64,000 nt of DNA from the human T2T-CHM13v2.0 reference genome, Homo sapiens. Location of the stretch: NCBI RefSeq assembly GCF_009914755.1, contig NC_060941.1; one strand, written 5' to 3'. Below the pieces are notes generated by a model, which was not told the origin of the DNA, did no database searches, and saw nothing but the letters and a program-made list of their open reading frames with translations. A program made the position numbers and the translations under genes. The first letter of the stretch is position 1. Every line of letters starts with the position of its first letter. Of the stretch, positions 19,484 through 38,184 are shown piece after piece.

Positions 19484-19645
19484 TAGATTCTTTGGGGTTA
19501 TCTATGTAGACAGTGGATGATCTACAAATAGTTGTAGCTTTGTTTCTTTATCTTCAATCTTTTTTTTTCTCTGTGCATCTGTTGAGGGCTTTTAATGTTG
19601 AATAGGGGAGATGACATTGGGAAGCTATGTGTTGTTTTTAATTAA

Positions 19646-19975
<330 letters not shown>

Positions 19976-20364
19976 CCAGGGTTGTTGCTTCTTTATTGAG
20001 CTTGTCACTCAGTGCCTTTTAACTGGGGCATTTAGCCCGTTTACATTCAAGGTTAGTATTGATATGTGTGGATCTAATTGTGTCATCATGTTGTTAGCTG
20101 GTTATTATGCTGACTTGTTGGCATGGTTGCTTTGTAGTGTCACTGGTTATGTACTTAAGTGTGTTTTTTTTAGTGTCTGATAATGTTCTTTCCTTTCCAT
20201 ATTTAGTGCTGCTTTCAGGAGCTCTCGTAAGGTAGGTCTGGTACTAACGAATTCCCTCAGCATTTGCTTGCCTGAAAAGGATCTTATTTTTCCTTTGCTT
20301 ATGTAGCTTAGTTTGGCCCAATATGAAATTCTGGGTTGGAATTTCTTATCTTTAAGAATGTTGT

Positions 20365-20664
20365 GGCTGGGTGCTGTGGCTCACACCTGTAATCCCAGCA
20401 CTTTGGGAGGCCGAGGCGGGCAGATCATGAGGTCAGGAGATCGAGACCATCCTGGCTAACACCGTGAAACCCTGTCTCTACTAAATATACAAAAAATTAG
20501 CCAAGCATGGTAGCAGGCGCCTGTAGTCCCAGCTACTCGGGAGCCTGAGGCAGGAGAATGGCGTAAGTAAACCCGGGAGGCGGAGCTTGCAGTGAGCCTA
20601 GATCGCGCCACTGCACTCCAGCCTGGGTGACAAGAGTGAGACTCCGTCTCAAAAAAAAAAAAAA
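20365..20664 (+). mobile_element. AluY within L1
   Basis: TSD gaatgttg. Confidence 0.92.
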
Positions 20665-21179
20665 GGAATGTTGAATATAGACCTCCAATCTCTTCTGACT
20701 TGTATAGTTTCTACTGAGAGGTCCATTGTTAGTCTGATGGGCTTTCCTTTATAGGTGACATGTCCTTTCTCTCTAGCCACCTTTAACATTTTTTTCTTTC
20801 ATTTCTGCCTTGAAGAATCTGATGATTCTGTTTTTTGGAGATTATCTTTTTGTGAAATATTTTGTGGGAGTTCTCTTTATTTCCTGAATTTGAATGTTGA
20901 CTTCTCTAGCTAGGTTGGGGAAGTTCTCATGAATGATATCCTGAAATATGTTTTCCAAGTTGCTGCCTTTCTCCCCATATCTTTCAGGGATACCAGTGAA
21001 TCATATATTTAGTCTCTTTATATAATTTCATATTTCTTGGGGGTTTTGTTTGTTCCTTTTCATTCTTTTGTCTTTATTCTTGTCTGTCTTCTTATTTCAG
21101 AAAGCCAATCTTCAAGCGCTGAGATTCTTTTCTCAGCTTGGTCTGTTCTACTGTTAATACTTGCGATTGCATTATGAAA

Positions 21180-21452
21180 TTTTTTTTTTTTTTTTTTTGA
21201 GACAGAGTAGTGACACGATCTCAGCTCACTGCAACCTCTGCTTCCTGGGTTCAAGCGATTCTCCTGCCTCAGCCTCCTGAGTTGCTGGGATTGCAGGTGC
21301 CTGCCACTACACCCATCTGATTTTTTGTATTTTTCGTAGAGACGGGGTTTCACCATGTTGACCAGGCTGGTCTTGAACCCCTGACCTCATGATTCGCCTG
21401 TCTTGGCCTCCCAAAATGTTGAGATTACAGGTGTGAGCCACTGCGCCCGGCC
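21180..21452 (-). mobile_element. AluS within L1 ORF1
   Basis: TSD atgaaatt; short internal deletion. Confidence 0.88.
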
Positions 21453-23610
21453 ATGAAATTCTTATAGAGTGTTTTTTAGCTGTATGAGGTCGTTTATATT
21501 CTTTTCTATACTGGCTATTTTGTCTGTCAGCTCTGTATCGTTTTATTGTGGGTAGCTTCCTTACATTGGGTTTCAACATTCTCCGGAATCTCAATGATTT
21601 TCATTCCTATCCATATTCTGAATTCTGTTTCTGTCATTTCAACCATCTCAGTCCAGTTCAGAACCCTTGCCGGAGAGCTAGTGCAGTCGTTTGTTTTAGA
21701 GGAAAGAAGATGCTCTGGCTTTTTGAGTCATCAGAGTTCTTGTGTTGGTGCTTTGTCATCTTTGTGGGCTGATGTTCCTTCAGTCTTTGAAGTCGCTGTT
21801 TTTTTTTTTTTTTTTTTTTTTATCCTATATGATGACCTTGGATGTTTGTGGTACAAGGTAGGTTCAGTTAACTGGCTTCATTACTGGAGGGGCCAGGGCT
21901 CATCTCAGGACTCCCGGAGTACATGGGTCCTCCAACTCTGGGGGACTGGCATTGGGCCCCAGCTTTGTTCTCTGGTTCTTTAAGGTTAGGAACCTGCTGC
22001 ACTGGAGGGGCCGAGGTGCTCCTGGACCTCTGGTCACAATACTCCCGTGGGTTGTGCCAGCCAAAGTGTAGGGGGTGGCAGTGGAATCAATTCTTGTTCG
22101 CATGTGCCAGTAGCAGTGGCAGCAAGGCCACAGGGTGCTGGCCTCCATGTGGGCATTGGCAGCAACAGTGGCAGTAAGGCCAGGGCGGGGGGCTGCTGGT
22201 ACACATGCACTGGTGGTGGTGTTAGCACAGGGGCAGGGTGCTGGTGGGTGCAGGACTGGGTGTGCCCTCTGTGCACGTTCATGCTGGCTTCAGTGGCCGG
22301 TAAGGGGTGGGGGTGGGTCCTCTGTTTTCTCTGCCTAGTTTCATGTTGGTGCAGGGGCTCAGTGCTGGTGGGGATGGCACTGGTGGGCTCTGTACCTGCC
22401 AGTGCTCCCTTGACAATGGCCATGGAGGGATAGGCAGGGTGTACTCACGCTGGCTGCAGTGGCATGGGAGGGTGCTTGCACGCATGTGTGCTGGCGGGGA
22501 AGGGAAAACAAGGTACACCTGTGCACACGTGTGGGCAAAGCATTTGGAGGGTGGCCATGGGCGAGTGCCTGCAGGCAAAGCAGCATGGAGCAGCCTTCGG
22601 TGGGAGGAGGGTATTGGCAGGCTCGTGCTTTTCCACAGGGATCACTGTGGTTGGAGCACTCTGCCTGTCAGCACCTTGTCAGTGCAGGAGCTGGTATGTG
22701 GCCCCCCCCGGCAGTACTGCAAGCATCCTGGCCAGGCTGGAGCCCCATGAGAGACCAGCAGACTGAGGGTACTCAGGTCACACCACCCCCACCTTATGGG
22801 CAAGACTGCCCTGCAGAGTTCAGGTCTGGCAGTTCCTCTAGGGCTAAAGTCTCCTATGGGAGCAAGTCGAGCCTTGGGGGATGGGCACTCCTGGCCCTGT
22901 TGTACTACAGATGCTCCAGCACCAAAACCTCTGAGCTCTGCCCTGGCTGGAGTTCTGCCCCTACCACTTCTCTAAGCAGCTTTCCCTGCCAGCTCAAGTG
23001 TCCTTGGTGGTTGAGGGGTCTCCTTGTGGTGGAGGAGTCTCCTTCTGCAGGGATTCCAGAGTCCCCTGGTGAGAGTGGGTTGCTGCTTCCCTGTTCAACT
23101 CAACTGCCTCTTCAGGAGTCACTGGGGGCCAGGAAAAAGTCCCGGTGCGTGGTAGCCCTGTGCAGGGTTCCTTACTTCTTCCCTCGTCAGTTCAGCATCT
23201 GTGTCTTCCCTCTGTCAGCACTCAGTGCTTTCCCTCTGAAGATCTGCTAAGAGTGTGCCAGTCATCCTGATCCTCTGGGAGATGTTCCTACTGGCTGCAG
23301 CTAGTTGGCCATCTTGGAGCCCCCTCCCTGTGGCTTTTCATGATTTCTAATAATTACATTGATGTTACATTCTGTGGGCTGTTCTTACTGAAATGTATAA
23401 ATTTAACAAATCAGTTGTTGGTGTAAACTTGCTGATATTTTGTTTAGGATGTTTGTATCTATGAGTAAGATTGGTTTGTAATTTTCTTATATAGCTGTTG
23501 TCTGGATTTCATATCAAGGTGATTCTAGCCTTATAAAATCAATTGGGGAGTTTATATAATCTATTTAATCTCTGTGTTAACTGAAGTTGTGTCTAATATT
23601 TCACCCCTAA

Positions 23611-24691
<1,081 letters not shown>

Positions 24692-25730
24692 TAATCTTAT
24701 GTTTAAATGTGGAAAAATGCACATAACATAAACGTTACCATCTTAACTGTTCCTAAGTGTATAGTTCAGTAGTATTAAGTACATTCACCTTGTTGTGTAA
24801 CCAATCTACAGAACTCCCTTCATCTCAAAAAACTGAAACCCTTTACTCATTAAACTAGAACTTCCCATTCCTCCATGTTCCCAGCCACTGGAAACCACCA
24901 TTCTACTTTCTGTTTCTATGAATTTGACTACCCTGGATACCTCAAATAAGTGGCGTCATACAGTATTTGTCTTTTTATAACTGGCTTGTTTCCGTTAGTG
25001 TAATGTCTTCAAGGTTAATCCACATTGCAGCATATGTCAGAATTTCCTACCTTTTAAAGGCTGAATAATATTCTGTTATTTGTGTAAACCACATTTTCTT
25101 TATCCATTCAGGACATTTGGGTTACTTTCACCTTTTGGTTATTGTAAATAATGCTGCCATGAACATGGGTGTGCAGATACCACTTCAAGACCCTGCTTTC
25201 AGTTCTTTTGCATATGTACCTAGAAGTAGGGTTGCTGGATCATATGGTAATTCTATTTGTAATATGTTGAGGAACTGTTTTACTGTTTTCCATAGGTATA
25301 TGCACTATTTTACTTTCCCATCAGTAGTGCACAAGGGTTCCAATTTCTCCATATCCTCATTTACGTTTGTTATTTTGTATCTTTTTTTTTATTTTTTTGA
25401 GACAGAGTCTCACTCTGTTGCCCAGGCTTGAATGCAGTAGTGTGATCTGGGCTCACCGCAACCTCCGCCTCCCGGGTTCAAGCGATTCTGCTGCCTTGGC
25501 CTCCCTAGTAGCTGGGACTACTGGCACCTGCCACCATGTCTGGCTAATTTTTGTATTTTTAGTAGAGATGGGGTTTCGCCATGTTGGCCAGGCTGGTCTT
25601 GAACTCCTGACCTCAAGTGATCTGCCTGCCTCGGCCTCCCAAAATGTTGGGATTACAGGCATGAGCCACTGCGTCTGGCCTTATTTCATGTCTCTTTTTG
25701 ATAGTAGCCATCCTAATGAGTGTTAGGTGG
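24692..25730 (-). mobile_element. L1MB-type 3' end, interrupted by Alu
   Basis: catcttaactgtt..aagtgtatagttcagtagtattaagtacattcac...ccattctactttctgtttctatgaatttgactac. Confidence 0.75.
25382..25680 (-). mobile_element. AluS
   Basis: Full dimer. Confidence 0.9.
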
Positions 25731-26185
25731 TTTTATGACTTTTTGGTTTTTTTTTAATAGAGGTTTTTGCTCTGTCATGCAGACTAGAGTACAGTATCAT
25801 GAGCATAGCTCACTGCATCTTCGAACTCTTGGACTCAAGCAATCTTCCTGCCTTAGCCTCCCCAAAGTGCTGGGATTATAAGTGGAAGCCACTGTACCTA
25901 GCACGTTTTCTGACTTTTAGAGTTATATTTAAGCTCATCAGTTTTGAATATTTCATTTGATTGTAAGTATTCAAAGTTATAAATTTATTAAATGCTGCTT
26001 TAATTGTATCCTACAAGTTTCAATAATTGGCTTTTTATTTTTCAATTTCATATTTCCATATAATGTTTTCAATTATGATTTCTCCTTTCACCTAGAGTGT
26101 TTCATATGAATATGAAACATGTTATGGTTTATATGTTACCAGTAATTTCAAATTTGAACTTAGCTTTATGACCTTGAACATATTT

Positions 26186-26719
26186 ATTAGTTATTTATTG
26201 TTATGTTATAAATTATTCCCAAATGTAGCCGTTTTGTACAACAAACATTTATTATCACATAAAGTTTCTGTCCATCTGAAATCCATTAGTGGCTGAACTG
26301 AGTGTTTCTGGCTCAGAGTCTTTCATGAAGCTGCAGTGACAGTCTTGGCTGGGTCTGTAGTAATCTGAAGGCTTGACTGGGGGTAGAGCATTTGCTTCCA
26401 AGTAAATTCACTTACATAGCTTTTGGCAGGAGGCCTCAGTTCTTTGCTGGCCATTTGTAAGAGGTCTCAGTTCCTTTCTACTTGGGCTTCTCCATCTGGC
26501 TGCTTGTAATGTGGCAGCTGACGTCTCCCAGAGTGAGTGATCTGAGAGAATCAAAAGCCACATTCTTTCATGATCCTTAGAAGTTACATACCTTCCTGCT
26601 TGCCATATAATATTGGTAATGCAGAACAACCCGAATACCAGATGAGAGAGGATGACACACGGGTGTGGATATCAGAATGTAGGAATACTTGCAGACCATC
26701 TTGGAGTCTGGCTACCATA
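26186..26719. mobile_element. MLT1-family LTR
   Basis: attagttatttattg...acaacaaacatttattatc...ccatcttggagtctggctacca. Confidence 0.7.
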
Positions 26720-27299
26720 AGCATACAGTCCATTTTTATAAAGTTTTCATGTCTTCTTGAAAATGATATGTAGTCCCAAGTTCTTGAGTGTGATTTTTAC
26801 ATAGGAGTTTGATCAAGTTTATTAAGCAGTTCAACTCTTCTAAATTCTGATTCTTTTTTGTCTGCTAGATCTTACTACTGAGAAAGGTAAGTTAGGAAAT
26901 CTTTCACTGAATTAGTATGTTTATGCTTTTTTCTTGCAGATGTGTCAGTTTTGTGTGTGTGTTATTAGGTGCATAGAGGCTTACAATATCTTACAGTTGA
27001 TTTGAGTCCTGTATCATCATGTAGTGCCCCTCTTGATCTCTAGTCCTTTTTATCTTAGTCCACTCCAGTTTTCTCTTGTTTCTATTTGCCTGATAGATCT
27101 TTTTCCATTTCTTAACTATCAATATTTCTGTGCCTGTATGCTTTATGTTTGTCTCTTATAAACAGTTCATGGGAAACCAGTCTGATGGTTTTTTTTTCTT
27201 CTGACTGGAGAGTTTAGTTCATTTACATTCATTGTGATGACTGACATCTTTGGATTCCTTTCTGCCATTTTCTTTTTAAAATTTAATCTAATTATTATT

Positions 27300-27600
27300 A
27301 CTTTTTTGAAACAGGGGTCTTTCTCTGTTGCCCTAACTTGAGTCCAGTGGTGTGATCATGGCTCACTGCAACCTCTGTCTCCTGGGCTCAAGTGATCCTC
27401 CCAGCTCAGCCTCCTAAGTAGCTGGAACTATAGGCATGTGCCATCTTGTCTAGATAATTAAAAAACATTTTTTTTTTTTGTAGGGACAGCATCTTACTGT
27501 GTTTCCCAGGGGCTAGTCTTGAACTCCTGAGCTCAAGCGATCCACCTGCCTCAGCTTCCCAAAGTGTTGTGATTACAGGTGTGAACCACCACACCCAGCT
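27300..27600 (-). mobile_element. AluJ-like
   Basis: Diverged dimer. Confidence 0.85.
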
Positions 27601-27772
27601 CTGCCATTTTCTTATGTGCCTTTTATTCAACTGTTTCATTTTTTTACCCCTTGAGTCTCAGAATTTACCTCTGGGTTCATTTTACTTCTGCTTGAAGCAT
27701 ATTCTTTAGAATTTCTTTTGATGAGGGTCTGTTGCAGTAATTGCTCTTACTTTCCTTTCTTTGAAAATACAG

Positions 27773-28647
<875 letters not shown>

Positions 28648-29781
28648 TATCTTTATTTCTCCCTTATTCTTGAATGATAGTTTTGCTGGATATATAGAAT
28701 TCTGGACAGTTATGTTTCCCTCAGTATGTTAAAGATACTATTTCACTATCTGTCTGCTATCATAGCCATTGAGAATTCAGTTGACATAATTGCCTTTATT
28801 TTATAGGTGACATTTTCTCTCCAGTTGTTTTTTTAGGTCTCCTTTTTGTTGTTTGTTCTGTAGTTTCACCAAAATGTTTGTAGGTATATGGATCTCTATT
28901 CTGCTTTGAGTTTTTGGACTTCTTGGGAGTGACATTTGTTGTTGTCTAACAGTTCTAAAAAGCCATTACCTTCTCAAATATTGTTTCTTTTCTGTATTTC
29001 TATTAGTTTTCTTCTGGAACTACAATTAGATGTATGTAATATTGTTTGAGGCTGAGCCAAGTAGTGTACTGTGATTAAGTTTACTTTCTGGTACAACTTT
29101 TTGTGTCTCCTAAATGTAATGTCTCATTTAGCCTCATTTTTTTCATTTGCTTCAGTTTTTATGTAGCTATTGTTATTTCTTTCCATCATTAACACGTTCT
29201 CAGTACAGTTTTTCACATAGGGTCAAACCTGTTAATCTGTTCAGTGTGACCATTTTCCTTGAGGATTTCCTCCCATGCTAGTGTTTAGAATTGGCTGCTT
29301 GCTATACCAGGTGTGCAGCTATCATCCTGTGTTCTCCCTTCAGCATCATTTTGGAAATTCCTATTGCTTGTCTCCTGTGTTGATTCCCTTGTTTTGTGGA
29401 TCTCATTCATTTACAACACACCTTCCACTAGCTTGCTGGAAAAAAAAAAAAGTACAAAGGAGATAAATTTTGAGACCTTGAATGTTTGAGAATGTCTTTA
29501 TTCTACCTTTTTTGAAAAAAAAATTGATAATTTGTCTAGGTCTTAAGTTCTAATATGAAATAATTTTTTTTCTCAGAATTTGGAAAGAATTTCTCCATTG
29601 CCTTTTAGTTTATCACTGAGATTATTGCTAACCCCAATGCCATTCTGGTTTCTGTTACGTTGTCATCAATCTGTTTATTTTTTCTTTTCTAGAATCCTTG
29701 GAATTTTTTTTTATTTGTCCTTGCTATTCTGCAGTTCAATAATAACATGTTGGGATACCAAATGGGTCTTACTTAGTTTAG

Positions 29782-31068
<1,287 letters not shown>

Positions 31069-31096
31069 TACTCTTAGATCTTAAATGTTTTACACA

Positions 31097-31097
<1 letters not shown>

Positions 31098-31137
<40 letters not shown>
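31098..31137. repeat. (AC)20 microsatellite
   Basis: Perfect run. Confidence 0.95.
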
Positions 31138-31139
<2 letters not shown>

Positions 31140-32324
31140 TAACTGTGATGATGGATGTGTCAGTTGATCGTGGTAATCATTTCAGAATGTATACATCTAT
31201 TAAATTATCATGTAGACCTTAAATTATTATTTTTGTCAATTATACCTCAAGCTGGAAAAAAATGCAGATCTACTCTTAAATGTGAGATAATTGGAAGCTC
31301 ATGTGCATGGGCTAGGGTAAGTTGGTGGAGAACTAACTTTATTGTTGGAGGCTTTCTAAATGTATGTCTTTTCTTTGAACATTAGTTTGTTCCAGAAAAT
31401 ATTGCGTGGTTGGTTGCCTGGGAAGATATATGTCTGATTTTCGGACTTGGAAGCAAGATAAAGGAAAGAGGCTGCTGGTTTATGGTATAGAGATTTTCAC
31501 TCGTTAAGAAAGTAACAAAGTAAGGAAGTAGGATTATTGTAGAAATATTATTTTACAGTTCAAGTTTGTAAAACACAGGTGAAGGTAATCGTTGGTGGGT
31601 CTCTTCCTCTGAGATCACCAAATTATCTGTAGACTGGTTGGTAGACTTGGAGAGACCACTTGTTCTTGGACAACAGTTAGAAGCATACTGCCCTAAGCAG
31701 TAAAAAGGTGATTGTTGAGGGCAGCAAGAGGCGGTGTAACATACCAGTTCATTTTTCTTTTCTTAGCAAGCATGTACTAATTGCCTTTTAAAACTCCTGA
31801 CCATAGGGGATAAAACGATTACAAGAAAGATACCTTCCCTGCTCCCATGGAATTTACATTCTAGCACAACAGTGGATATTAAACAACGTATCATCTGGTT
31901 ATGTAATTACAGTAATAAGAATCATGTAGGAGAGGTCAAGGAAGCTTACTGCTGTGGGGTTCAGGATGGCATCTCCGAAAGTATGAATAAGGAAAGTGGT
32001 GGGAGAATAAAAGGAGAGTGGCAGAGACTCAGACTGAGAGATTAATTGAGATAATGACAATTGTGGGATTCAATGAGGTGTATAATGTGTTTAGTGCCTG
32101 GTACTTGTGCTCAGTAAGTGCTAATTAGTAGTTGTTTATAGCAATACTGTTATCTTGGATGATCAAATAGAAGATCCCTAGCAAGTAATTTTATAAAGAC
32201 AAAAATTTCGTGTCAACTCTGTAATAAAACAATATATCCTTAGAATCAGTTATCACTTAAAATCCTTATTTTATAGAAATTTTTGTGTTTCAAAAGTATA
32301 GCTAGGGCAAGTCCCCCTTCAGGG

Positions 32325-32930
32325 TGGATACTTAAAGGAGATGAAATCACTTCATAAAGGTGTCTGCACTCCCATGTTCATTGCAGTGTTATTTACAAGG
32401 TAGCCAAGATATGGAAACAACCTAAATGTCTGTTGATGGCAAATTGATAAAGAAAATGTGTGTGTATGTGTGTGTTTATACAATGGAACGTTATTCAGCC
32501 TTTAAAAAGAAGGATATTCTGTCATTTGCCACAACTTGGTTGGACCTTATGCTAAGTGAAATAGACCACGCACAAAAAGAAAAATACTATATAATCTCAC
32601 TTATATGTGGAATGTTTTTAAAAAGTCAAGTATACGGAGACAGAGAATAAAACAGTGGTTACCTTGGGCAGGAGGAGGAAGGAAATGGGGTTATATAGAT
32701 AATAAAATAGCAGATATATAGAATGAAGAAGTCTGGAGAGCTTATGTATAACATGAAGACTATAGTTAATAAAACAAAACTGTATTAAGGATTTTTATTA
32801 AGTAATTTAGCTGCTTGTAACACTTACACACACACACATAGTAACTATGATAGATGTTTTCACTGTAGTAACCATTTTGCTGTCTATACACATCCCAAGA
32901 TATCAGCTTATAAATCTCATATACACAGAT
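32325..32930 (+). mobile_element. L1MA-type 3' end
   Basis: catgttcattgcagtgttatttac...gccaagatatggaaacaacctaaatgtc. Confidence 0.75.
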
Positions 32931-33319
32931 TTTTTTTTTTAAAGGTATTGTTGGGGCAGGGATCAGGCTTAACTTTGTGGTTGTATCTGTAGTACCCAGC
33001 ACAGTGCCTGACACATAGAAGGTGTTAATCTTGTTTTTTTTTTTTTTAGGTATCTGAAATACTTACCAGAAATTCTATTCTTTCAGATGAGAGACATCTA
33101 TGTGATTTTAGGTATTAATAAAAGAAATATTCTTCCTTTTTTCTTACTACGGTGTTGGTAGTGGTGCTCTTTCTTCAGGGACATCATTGATGGCCTTTTA
33201 GTTAGAATTTAAATGTTATCCTTTCTGTAGCCAGCAGGGATCTGTTGGGATAAAGTCTTATTTTTCTTTTCTTGGGAGTAATTGGTGCTTTCTAACTTTT
33301 CAGCACTTAGACTCACAAT

Positions 33320-33600
33320 GTATTAGTTATCTATTGCTGCAAAACACATTACTTCAAAACTTAGCAGTTTAAAACAACAGACATTTATTATCCCACAGTT
33401 TCTATGGGTCAGGAAGATAGGGGTACCTTAGCTGGATGCCTCTGGAGCACGGTCTCTTGAGGTTGCAGTCAAGCTGTTGGCTGGGGCTATATCATCTGAA
33501 AGCTTTACTGGGGCAGGGGATGATGTACTTCCAAGTTCACTCCCATGATTGTTGGGAGGAGGACTTAATTCCGTTTCTTGTGGGCTTCTTCCTGGTTTAT
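33320..33600. mobile_element. MLT1-family LTR fragment
   Basis: tgtattagttatctattgctgc...cacagtttctatgggtcagga. Confidence 0.7.
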
Positions 33601-34309
33601 GTTTGTTACCTGGTGTCTAGAGCTGATGTATTGGGTACTTCCCCTCTAGCATGGTTATTTTCTTTGTTTTTTCTCTCATTTAGGTGAAAACTTAGGTGAA
33701 TTTTAATGTAAACCCTACCCCCATTATGGTCTAAGGGGCCTTTTAGAAAATGAGTAGAATGTACACAGAGGCAAAAATTTTAGCCTGTGACCTTTTGAAG
33801 AATTTTCTAAGTGAAACTAGAAACAAATTAACCATTGTTCACAGAGTGCTTTGCTTAATGTTATGCCTTCTTTTGCTAAATCCTCTTGTTTGTTGAAATC
33901 TTACATCTTAAGTTGCTGATAGTTTGTTAATAGAGATCATAATTAAAAGGTGATTATATTTCTTCATGCAGTTTAGCTTTACATTTCTTCCATTATACCC
34001 AAAGATTTCTATAATATAGCAAGAAATGTTTTTAAAAAGTGTTTTTCCTCAATTGTGTGAAAGTAATGTATCTAACTGAAAAGAAGAGAAACTCATAAAA
34101 GTAAAAATTTTAAAAAATCACCTTATTCTTACCTCTCAAATACAATGACCTCATATTTTAAATTTTGCTCAAGGTTTTTTCCTCCTCATTCTAGGCATAA
34201 TTATTTTCTTATATGTGTTTCAGTATTACTTTTTTTGTGAAAAATATGGTTACAAATGTGGTCTAATTTCATTTTGCACTTTAAAAATTATTAATGAGGC
34301 CGGAAATGA

Positions 34310-34632
<323 letters not shown>

Positions 34633-34964
34633 TTATTTACTGATCACTTACCTTTGAATTGCCCCTTGTTTCTTGAAGTTTTTCCAATAAATATTCTTAT
34701 TAATAGACAAGACAACCTGATCTGTTAGTTATGTAAACTTTTTGGTAGCTAATTGTATGTGCATTCTTTTACCTCCTGTTTGTTTCTTTATTAGCAGTGT
34801 CTTTTTGTTATAGAATTTATACATTTTCTTGTAAGCAAATATCAGTGTTTTTATTATAGGTGCTGTATGTTTGTCTTGCTTAGGAAAATCTTTATTACTC
34901 CAATATTATTAAATTATTCTTTAGTATTTGTCCTAATAGCTTTATGGCTTTGTTTTTTTTAAAT

Positions 34965-35003
34965 CACACACACACACTCACACACACACACGCACACACA
35001 CAC
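34965..35003. repeat. interrupted (CA)n at Alu tail
   Basis: Direct reading. Confidence 0.85.
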
Positions 35004-35004
35004 T

Positions 35005-35844
<840 letters not shown>

Positions 35845-36120
35845 CTTGTTCTTGTTTTTCAAAAATTTCTTTGGTATTCTCACAAGTTTATTCTTCCAAA
35901 TTAACTTCAGAATCAGCTTACCATTTTAAATAAGCACCCCCCTTCTAAATCTATTATAACATCTCACTACTTTCTCTTCTATTCATATTAGCTTAACTTA
36001 AGCTACCATCCTCTCTTGAGTAAGACTGTTTTCTAACATACAGCAACAAGAGGGTTCTTTTTAAAACATAAATCAGATTATGTCATTCCTTTGCTTAAAT
36101 TCGTTCAGTGCCTTTTTCCC

Positions 36121-36670
36121 CTGTCTTTTGGTTATCTATTGCTGTATAATAAGCTACTCCAAAGCCTTGTAGCCTAAAAACAACCATTTTATTGTGCTCA
36201 CAATTTTTGGGGGTCAGGAATTCATGACAGGTTCAGCTGGGCAGTTCTTCTGTTCCATATTGTGTTGCTGACACTGGAGAATCCCTTCCATTATGGCTTC
36301 TTCAGTCACATGTCTGGCTCCTCAGTGTTTCTTGGCCTCTCTCTCCACAATGGCGTCCCATTCTTCAGAATCTCTGCATGTGGCCTCGGCTTCTCACAGC
36401 ATGCTGATCTCAGAGTAGTCCCATTTTTTACATGACAACTGGCTTCTAGGAAGAGGGAAATAAAAACTGTCAGACCAATTAAGGACTATGGCCTGGAACT
36501 ACACAGTGTGCCTTTAAGCCGTATTTTATTGGTCAGAATAGTCACTGGACCTGCTAGATGAAAGGAGGTAGAAAAATAAATTTCTTTTCCTAATGAGGGA
36601 GTGGCAAAATCTTATTGCGGGAAAGCATGTGGGATGAGAGATACTTGACAGTTGGAAAATATAATCCGTG
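36121..36670. mobile_element. MLT1-family LTR
   Basis: gttatctattgctgtataata...ttttattggtcagaatagtcac. Confidence 0.65.
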
Positions 36671-36929
36671 ACATCGTCAAATTCAAAATAAATTCAGAGT
36701 TCTTAAAATGGCCTATAAGGCTTTTCATGATCTGACTCCTGCTTCTTGAATCTCTGACCGCATCCCCTAGATTTTCCTCTTTGTTCCCTTTGGGTTAACC
36801 ACATTGGCCCTCTTGCTAGGCTTTGAACATGCCACACCCAACATCAGATCCATTTTACTTGCAACTACTGCCGTGAATGCTCTTCTTTAGATCTTTGCAT
36901 GGGTCTTCCCGTTCTCATTCATTCATTCA

Positions 36930-37216
36930 TTTTGAGACAGGGTCTCACTCTGTTGCCCAGACTGGAGTGCAGTGGCACGATCTGGGCTCAATGCAACCTC
37001 CGCCTCCCGGGTTCAAGCAATTCTCCCACCTCAGCCTCCTGAGTAGCTGGGACTGCACGCATGTACCACCATGCCTGGCTAATTTTTGTATTTTTGGGTT
37101 TCACGAGGTTTCCCCATTTGGCCAGGCTGGTCTCAAATTCCTGACCTCATGTGATCCGCCCGCCTCAGCCTCCCAAAGTGCTGGGATTAGAGGTGTGAAC
37201 CACTAATCCCATGGCT
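36930..37216 (-). mobile_element. Alu
   Basis: Dimer. Confidence 0.88.
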
Positions 37217-37734
37217 GGTCTTCCCATTTTTTTACTTCATTTAGGTCTCTGCTCAAATGTCACATCTTCAGAGAGCTTCCCCTGAACACCTTATCTGATA
37301 AATTCTTGGTTACTTAGAACTCCTTAATCTTGATTTTTTTTTCCTTTTCATAGAATTTGGTGCTGTTAGTAGGAGCCTGGGGGGCCTAAGTACCACTTTT
37401 CTTCCTTCCCTGCCTGGCTTCTGAGCAAGTTGAGAAATGAGTAAAGGTGGAGGCCAAAATATATTTTAAAAATTCTTCTGACTAAAGGGAGATGAAGTAA
37501 AGGGAACAAAAGAAGTATCATGAAGATTCTCAGATGTCCGACATGGGAAACTGGGTAGATTGTGGTACTATTTACCAAGACAGGAAACATGGCAGGAAGA
37601 TTATGAATTAAGCTTTGGAAATGTTGAGTTTGAAGTGCCTACAAGTTATCCATGTGGAGAAACCAAATGGACATTTGGATAACACATCTGAAGCTCAGGA
37701 GAGAAGTTTCCATTACAGATTCAGGTTTGGTAGT

Positions 37735-37960
37735 TGTTCTAGTTTTCTATTGCTGTGTAACAAACTACCACAAACAGTAGCCTAAAACACACAAAATTAC
37801 TATCTTACAATTTCTGTGGGTCGGAGTCAAGGCATTGCTTAGCTGTGTTCTCTGCTCAGGTTCTCATCAGCCTGAAATCAAGGTTTTGGTTGGGGCCTCA
37901 GTCTTATCTGAGGCTTGGGGTTCTCTTCCAGGCTCATTGGTTGTTGGCAGACGGTTCAGG
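37735..37960. mobile_element. MLT1-family LTR fragment
   Basis: tagttttctattgctgtgtaacaaactaccacaaac. Confidence 0.65.
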
Positions 37961-38132
37961 AATCTGGGGAGACAAGATTTTTGGGAGCGCCAACCCAGAT
38001 GTTTCCATTCCATGTGTCAGAGTCTTGTTCTTTCCTAGCCAGGCCCCTGATCTGGACATAGGAGACCTGCTGCCTTTGGGAGTTCAACCTTTGAAGCCCA
38101 ACACATACAGATTTAGATATCTAATCTGTCTG

Positions 38133-38184
38133 TCCATCCATCCATCCATCCATCCATCCATCCATCCATCCATCCATCCATCCA
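38133..38184. repeat. (TCCA)13 microsatellite
   Basis: Perfect run; source of the IHPS repeats in ORF 37845..38327. Confidence 0.95.

Larger units (their letters stand above)
19976..23324 (-). mobile_element. older primate L1 (L1PB-like) 5' UTR + ORF1
   Basis: Minus strand starts ggggctccaagatggccaactag; GC-rich 5' UTR ~21890-23324; ORF1-like SINSRTDQAEKRISALEDWLSEI in ORF 21060..21356. Confidence 0.75.

Noticed and set aside
22034-23250. Cluster of long overlapping ORFs (up to 263 aa) on both strands
   Set aside because: They fall in a GC-rich L1 5' UTR where stop codons are rare; no recognisable domain.
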